This document shows, piece by piece, positions 58,567 through 64,000 of a stretch of 64,000 bases of DNA; within the stretch, counting starts at the first letter, position 1, and each line of letters starts with the position of its first letter. Below the pieces are notes generated by a model. The model was not told where the DNA came from and ran no database searches. It saw only the letters and a list, made by a program, of their open reading frames with translations. The DNA lies in IMG/VR virus record IMGVR_UViG_3300009425_000016, positions 1 through 64,000 of that record. One strand, written 5' to 3'. This DNA comes from an uncultured virus (IMG/VR IMGVR_UViG_3300009425_000016). Taxonomy: Duplodnaviria > Heunggongvirae > Uroviricota > Caudoviricetes. Made by a program: the position numbers and the translations under genes.

Positions 58567-61120
58567 AATATTTACTCCTTCCTTTCAACATATCATATTC
58601 ATTTCTTTTATCTCTAACTTCTTTATATTTAAACTGTAAAGAGTCTGCCTCTGCTACAACTTCATTAATTAACCCTATATCATCACCTAAAGCAACATTT
58701 ACCGCTTCATATATTGTTCTTCCATAAGGAACCAATGTCCCTGAAGCTTTAGCGGGGAGAGCTGAAACTCTTATACCAGGTTCAGTTCCATTAGATGATT
58801 GACCTCCACTATAAGTGGGATTTCCAATTCTAGCATTCAATTCTGTCAATCTTGTAGACATTTCAGAGTTACATGTATTTAAATCATCTCGTAAGGCATT
58901 AGCATCTGTCATACTATATGCTCGACCATCATAATTTTGACCATGATAAGTATCCAAATCAGTAAATTCTTGTTTACAATTTCCTACAGCGGTATCAAAT
59001 GTTTCCGCCGCCGTTTTCTTTGCTGCATCATATTCAGCTCCTGTTGAAACTTCTAAAAGAGGATCTCTATAAGATACTAATCCATCTAATGTATTAATTT
59101 TTCCTTGTACATATGGATAATCATTAGACGCTCCACCCTCATCTCCATTTATTATATGTTGAATATCATTCTCCAAACAATCTACTTCACTAATAGCATA
59201 AGTAATAGTGTGTCCATATGCGGGATTGCCAAAAGGTCCTCCGTGGCTACCTGAAAAAGAATGTGCTTCTATCAAGCTCGCTGAATTTTTCCAATACGTG
59301 GTATCACTAGTATATGTTTCTGTTGAATTAGTATTAAGGCTTACACTATCTGCAGATCCCCAAGTGAATTCTGAAGAATATGTACCCCAATTCCCCGCAT
59401 ATCCTGCATTAGTGGGCACGGTTCCTGCATTTGGGTGTTCTTTATTTTCCGCATGGCCGGAAGTAGAAGTTACTGTGTCTGTTGAATTAGAAGCACTGTT
59501 CAAACTCCCCGCCAAACTTGTCATTGCGGGTTGTAATTGTGGAGTGAATGTTGCTTGTGGTTCTGTTCCTCTAGCCGTTACAGTATTTGGTAATGCAGTA
59601 ACTGTTGGAGTATAATTATGAGCTCCCACAAATGGACTCACCAAATAAAAAAAATGAGCACTGAAATCTATCATATATCGATAATCACCAATCAACGCTC
59701 CAGTAGTATCTTTTCTTTTTTCTTCATATTTTACAAACCTTCCTGCAAATATATCTTTCATTCCTAATCCAGTCGGCTGTAATCCCCCATCATCATAATT
59801 ATCTCTGGCGCCTTGAACGGCAGGAAAAAGTGGATTTAATACGTTACCACCATAATTGCCCGTATCTTGTCCTACTTCTGAACTGGAGGAAACTAATTCT
59901 GTAGAAGCTGATTTAAATAAATCTAAAGAACTTGATTTCGCCGTTGGAGGATTAAATACACTAAGAGCGGTTTCAAATGCGGATTTGTCCATAACTGTTA
60001 AATCTTCAAATGATTCATTAGTTCCACCATAATTTCCATCATCATCACCAACAGGTTTCCAGGATGAATCAGGAACCATTCCCTCAGGAACAATTTGAGC
60101 AATTGCGAACATTGTATTTTCTTCTCTTGTTGGCATAATTTGTTTTGATGTAATCTCTAAATTAGTATATACCTTATCAACATTATCATTAAGTACTACC
60201 ACATTTAAATCTGTATCAATTGCGAGTACAGTAAGATTAGATGTCCATGCCGTACTTGATAATTCTGATCCCATTACTAATTTCGATGCATCAGAAGTAG
60301 ATATAGTATTTCCTGTAACATTTGTTACTAAATCTAATGTTGTATTAGCAGTTATAGTAAATTCTTCAAAATCATGAGTGAATCTTTTTAATCCAAAATA
60401 ATCTCCAATTTTAGGTGGAGAAACATCAATTTCATTAGACCCTTGTTCTAAAGTATGAGATAAAGTAACAAACTGGTCTTGGGTGGAATTAAATTCAACA
60501 TCACCAATATTAGCATATGCAAATTTTTCATTCCAGTTTCCCTCTTCCGCAGTAACACTATCCCCAAATGTAACGGTGTTTCCAAATGGCATATCAACTC
60601 CAGGATTGACATATGGTGTTGTATTAGCCATCAAATCTATTAATTTTCCCGTTTCTCTACTTCTAACAAAATAATAATCACCAATATAATTACTATAAGT
60701 ATTAGACGTTCCATCCGCCTCAGTTGATATCACAGTACTTCCAAGAGTATCACTTAAAGAAATTGTATAATTGAGATCTTTATCTCGAATCAAAACTCCA
60801 AATTTAGGTTTTCCTCCCGTTCCTGCAGTTAAAGAGGGATATGTAAAAGATGTTACTCCTGCATAATCACTTGGAGAACCTAAATTAAATTTTAAAATAT
60901 CACCAGAACTTGCTCCCAAACAATTTGCTCTTATTTGGGCATTTGCTAATGCTAATGCAGGAACATCTGCCGAAGCAGCCACACCTGCACATAAATTAGC
61001 AAACGCATCTTCAAATAATTCCAATTCTCCGATAATTCCTAATCTCGCATCTATCAAACTTTGAGGAAGTTTTTCAATATCTTCTTTAGTTTCTAATATT
61101 TTTTCAACTTGAGATGTCAT
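58556..61120 (-). CDS. Hypothetical virion/baseplate-associated protein (854 aa)
   Basis: Long S/T/G-rich ORF in the baseplate operon with helical termini. Confidence 0.65.
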   Translation of the reverse strand: MTSQVEKILETKEDIEKLPQSLIDARLGIIGELELFEDAFANLCAGVAASADVPALALANAQIRANCLGASSGDILKFNLGSPSDYAGVTSFTYPSLTAGTGGKPKFGVLIRDKDLNYTISLSDTLGSTVISTEADGTSNTYSNYIGDYYFVRSRETGKLIDLMANTTPYVNPGVDMPFGNTVTFGDSVTAEEGNWNEKFAYANIGDVEFNSTQDQFVTLSHTLEQGSNEIDVSPPKIGDYFGLKRFTHDFEEFTITANTTLDLVTNVTGNTISTSDASKLVMGSELSSTAWTSNLTVLAIDTDLNVVVLNDNVDKVYTNLEITSKQIMPTREENTMFAIAQIVPEGMVPDSSWKPVGDDDGNYGGTNESFEDLTVMDKSAFETALSVFNPPTAKSSSLDLFKSASTELVSSSSEVGQDTGNYGGNVLNPLFPAVQGARDNYDDGGLQPTGLGMKDIFAGRFVKYEEKRKDTTGALIGDYRYMIDFSAHFFYLVSPFVGAHNYTPTVTALPNTVTARGTEPQATFTPQLQPAMTSLAGSLNSASNSTDTVTSTSGHAENKEHPNAGTVPTNAGYAGNWGTYSSEFTWGSADSVSLNTNSTETYTSDTTYWKNSASLIEAHSFSGSHGGPFGNPAYGHTITYAISEVDCLENDIQHIINGDEGGASNDYPYVQGKINTLDGLVSYRDPLLEVSTGAEYDAAKKTAAETFDTAVGNCKQEFTDLDTYHGQNYDGRAYSMTDANALRDDLNTCNSEMSTRLTELNARIGNPTYSGGQSSNGTEPGIRVSALPAKASGTLVPYGRTIYEAVNVALGDDIGLINEVVAEADSLQFKYKEVRDKRNEYDMLKGRSKYYGN

Positions 61121-61599
61121 GCTGGTGGTCCTGTTACTACTACTGGTGGTGAACCAGGAATCATTGCTGTTATTACTATTTGTGTTGTATAATTATTTAT
61201 CGCATCTGCAATATCTGAGCCAAATTGTGCTCCAGATGCTGGCTGTTTTGAAAAAATTTTACCCATTTTTGTTAAAAACATTGGAAGACCCGCTGTCGTT
61301 ACTATAGAAATTTGGTTTGAACATTGTAATGTCATAAAAGCTCCATCAATTTTCTTTGCAACCTTTTGCCCTATTAGTGCTGGTATTGGTGATTGCTTTT
61401 GCATAATTTTCCCTATTTCTAAATTTAATGTTTGTAATTTCGGCATAGCTGCGAAATTTCCCCCAGCCGGATCCATTGCATTAGAAATATACTGTTCTAC
61501 TCCATCCTTAATTATCTTTCCTACATCTAATCCTGTAGTATTAGCTTTTGCGAATCCAGATTGTAATCCTGCTTTTATTTGTGGCATTCCTAAAGGCAT
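61117..61599 (-). CDS. Hypothetical protein with three internal repeats; candidate spike-tip protein
   Basis: Immediately downstream of gp5; three ~50-aa helical repeats. Confidence 0.6.
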   Translation of the reverse strand: MPLGMPQIKAGLQSGFAKANTTGLDVGKIIKDGVEQYISNAMDPAGGNFAAMPKLQTLNLEIGKIMQKQSPIPALIGQKVAKKIDGAFMTLQCSNQISIVTTAGLPMFLTKMGKIFSKQPASGAQFGSDIADAINNYTTQIVITAMIPGSPPVVVTGPPA

Positions 61600-61606
61600 A
61601 TTGTCC

Positions 61607-63457
61607 TTACATTATACATTGCATAATTTTTGTTTTAACTAAATTTAGTGCCGCAGTATTTAATGGCATTCCACTATTTCCTGAACCAGTGGGTACTGTT
61701 ATCTTTGTAATTTCATCTATTAAATCATCAAAACATGATTTTAAAGACTTTCCTGCGCCACTAATAGATAACGGTGCACCAGATTTTAAACTATACGTTC
61801 CAAACGTTCCTGAAAATGCGACGGGTGATTGCATCACTATTCCAGCTGGAGAAATTACAATTTTTCCAAGAGTTCCAGTATTACCTAAAAATAAATTAAT
61901 ATAACCTGTAGCACCAACCGCACTTTCTGCCGCATTGATCTCTATGGGTGCTAATCCTGTATGTAATTTAATTCCAGATCCCGCAAGAAATGGTGTTCCT
62001 ATTGTACTAATATCGACAGTTCCTATAGATGTGGTAATATTGATATCACCAGATCCAGATAATCCAACAGTACCTTCTGATCTCATCTTAATTTGTGAAG
62101 CATCTGCAAATAGGGGGCCTTCTGCATCAAGCCGCATTGATCCTGTTGTATTTAATTCTAAAGTACCACCACCAGAAATAGTAGATCCTTTTTTTGTACC
62201 CACCATAAAACTAGTTGTATTCGATTCATATCTATCAGAAGTAATATAATAATTTCCACCATCAACATTTGCATAATATGATCCACCCGCACCAATTTTT
62301 AAAGAAAAATTTCCTTGTGTAGATTGTTGATCTCTATTAACAAATAACTGAAAACTCTTATCAATTGTTTCAATCTTATGTCCTTCAATATGTTCATATG
62401 AATTTGAATGGACTATATTATACGCCTCATTTACTGATTTTGTTACTACAGTTCCGTCAGGATGATATTCTAAAAATGATCCTGACCTATGATATAAATG
62501 TACTCTTTCAGCATCAGGAGTATCATCAAATTCAAAAACATGTCCACTTTCCGTTTGTTGTACATGATTATATGGATATACTGCATTATATGGTGGTAGA
62601 GGTTCAGAAAATCTATTTATTATTGGTTTAAGTAATGCTTCTTTAAATTTATCAGAACTGAGCTGAAGTGGAGTAAGAAAGGGCAGGTCCATATTCTTTC
62701 TTATATTTACTATTGAACCAAAATCCCCACCAGTGCCCACATTTACTTGGCCGGCATTACGTGAATTTTTCTTTCTTTTTAAAATAGAATACTGACTTTC
62801 TGTTCTTTTTCCATCTTCAGAAGTTCTTAATTTTGATGTTGGATCACTATATCCTCTTGCTAATCTATTTGTGGTTGGTTCATTCAAATAATGATAAGAA
62901 GGAAAAGGAGAAAGTTGTTCTTGTTCAGTAATTATTACACCATCACCCGCACCAGAATATTCTAATATTTCCGGTTCTCGAGGAACTTTATCTGATTGTC
63001 TTGTATCAGCACCAAGTAATAAAGATCTAACTCTTTTTTTAGCGGCTTCTAAACTAAATGGGTGTGTATCAGATGCAATTGCATTGTCATACATCCTAGC
63101 ATCATAAAAACCAATTTGAGCCGTATAAATTTCTCTCACATCTTGTTCAGGAACTCCATGTAATGTGCCCATCATTACTGGTTCTTGTGCATCTCTTCCA
63201 TCACGAAAAAATCCCATCACCCAAGTTCCCTCTACAGGCCCAAGTGGGGTTTGTCCAACTCCCGTCTGAGAAGCGGATGTTATTGGCATCAATGGAAAAG
63301 CCCACGGCAAATCTATAGGAGGCATTAATTTTTTATCATCAGTATGCCAACCCAAACAACGAACTTTACATCTACCTAAGTACATTGGATCATGTCTATC
63401 TTCAACAACACCAACCCACCAAATAAATTCCATTCCCATAGAATCAGAAGTTAACAT
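61607..63457 (-). CDS. gp5: Baseplate hub/central spike protein (T4 gp5-like), no recognisable lysozyme domain
   Basis: FIWWVGVVEDRHDP..LGRCKVR..G.H, LPWA, GTWVMGFFRDG..AQEP (OB fold); YPYNHV..TESGHVFEFDDTP..ER.H.YH.SG; beta-helix repeats. Confidence 0.9.
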   Translation of the reverse strand: MLTSDSMGMEFIWWVGVVEDRHDPMYLGRCKVRCLGWHTDDKKLMPPIDLPWAFPLMPITSASQTGVGQTPLGPVEGTWVMGFFRDGRDAQEPVMMGTLHGVPEQDVREIYTAQIGFYDARMYDNAIASDTHPFSLEAAKKRVRSLLLGADTRQSDKVPREPEILEYSGAGDGVIITEQEQLSPFPSYHYLNEPTTNRLARGYSDPTSKLRTSEDGKRTESQYSILKRKKNSRNAGQVNVGTGGDFGSIVNIRKNMDLPFLTPLQLSSDKFKEALLKPIINRFSEPLPPYNAVYPYNHVQQTESGHVFEFDDTPDAERVHLYHRSGSFLEYHPDGTVVTKSVNEAYNIVHSNSYEHIEGHKIETIDKSFQLFVNRDQQSTQGNFSLKIGAGGSYYANVDGGNYYITSDRYESNTTSFMVGTKKGSTISGGGTLELNTTGSMRLDAEGPLFADASQIKMRSEGTVGLSGSGDINITTSIGTVDISTIGTPFLAGSGIKLHTGLAPIEINAAESAVGATGYINLFLGNTGTLGKIVISPAGIVMQSPVAFSGTFGTYSLKSGAPLSISGAGKSLKSCFDDLIDEITKITVPTGSGNSGMPLNTAALNLVKTKIMQCIM

Positions 63458-63463
63458 AATATC

Positions 63464-64000
63464 TTATCTCCCACTTTGACCTTTCATTCTTCCAGATACT
63501 GCAAGTGCTTCATCCGTATCTTTGCCTTCCCATGTACCAAAATCAGATGGAACATAATCAGTTCCTGGTAATTTTCTAGATAATCCATCTTTCATTACAT
63601 GTAAGTTTAAAGTATGTTCAACTCTACTCTGCGTTTTTTGAAAAATATGTGATAATCTTGTTACTACAAATTTTCCAGAAGCCAAAGTCGACTGCCTCAT
63701 TGTAATATTACCAGTAAGCTCACCTAATTTGGTCGGTAATTGTAAATTTATAACATCACCAACCTCTCTATGTGTATTTCCTGGAACCGTTATTTGATAT
63801 ATGAAATTATTCAATAATTGATTTTGCATTTTTCTTTTAGCATACCAATTTTCTATGTGTGTTTCTCTTAATCTAGAATCCTGAGGAGCCCCTTCACTAT
63901 TAACATCCGTAAATCTCACATAACAACCCTCATTCGTCGATTTTAATGAAACATTCGCTTGAGGTTTTCCTATTACGTCTGATCCTCTAGATATTACAGG
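63464..64000 (-). CDS. Baseplate hub-type protein, C-terminal part (5' end outside window)
   Basis: Frame open from 64000 to the stop at 63464; ITVPGN...VGDVI.L..P...SGKFVVTRLSH.F hub-like C-terminus; precedes gp5. Confidence 0.65.
   Translation of the reverse strand, partial: PVISRGSDVIGKPQANVSLKSTNEGCYVRFTDVNSEGAPQDSRLRETHIENWYAKRKMQNQLLNNFIYQITVPGNTHREVGDVINLQLPTKLGELTGNITMRQSTLASGKFVVTRLSHIFQKTQSRVEHTLNLHVMKDGLSRKLPGTDYVPSDFGTWEGKDTDEALAVSGRMKGQSGR

Noticed and set aside
2144..62631. Short ORF-track ORFs nested in or antisense to long genes (e.g. 5221-5442, 15891-16271, 41821-42156, 57135-57524, 59208-59615, 61935-62249)
   Set aside because: They overlap well-supported genes and have no recognisable motifs; treated as shadow ORFs
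1..64000. Stop-codon reassignment, tRNA genes, rho-independent terminators
   Set aside because: Genes are full length under the standard code; intergenic gaps are very short, and I saw no cloverleaf or convincing GC-rich hairpin with a U-tract

Overview
This AT-rich window (about 30% GC by eye) comes from a large T4-like myophage resembling marine T4-like phages and uses the standard genetic code. The minus strand carries the late structural genes. The right side holds a partial hub gene, gp5, a candidate spike-tip protein, two large unknown proteins, gp25, gp6, gp7, gp8, a 2003-aa DUF4815/VrlC-like virion protein and tail-fibre genes. The left side holds gp13, gp14, gp15 and gp16. Between the fibre genes and gp13 lies a ~32-kb island (3558-35992) of tailoring enzymes. 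It contains 8 radical SAM ORFs with 9 CxxxCxxC motifs; these include a tandem double-rSAM protein, an rSAM-PLP fusion and an rSAM split from its auxiliary-cluster domain by an SGNH gene. The island also encodes five 2OG-Fe(II)-oxygenase-like proteins plus a TauD fragment, glycosyltransferases, methyltransferases, two AMP-ligase-like proteins, a QueC-like PP-loop enzyme, an NDP-sugar epimerase and a TctA/TctC-like transporter. Directly upstream, the last fibre-region gene (36014-37108) encodes a 364-aa protein with a strictly 4-periodic (Q-Y/W-x-x) ladder arranged as 7 aromatics, a turn, then 7 aromatics. My best hypothesis (inference) is a RiPP-like post-translational maturation system that crosslinks and decorates a virion adhesin or fibre tip. 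All family calls rest on motif recognition only; no database searches were run.
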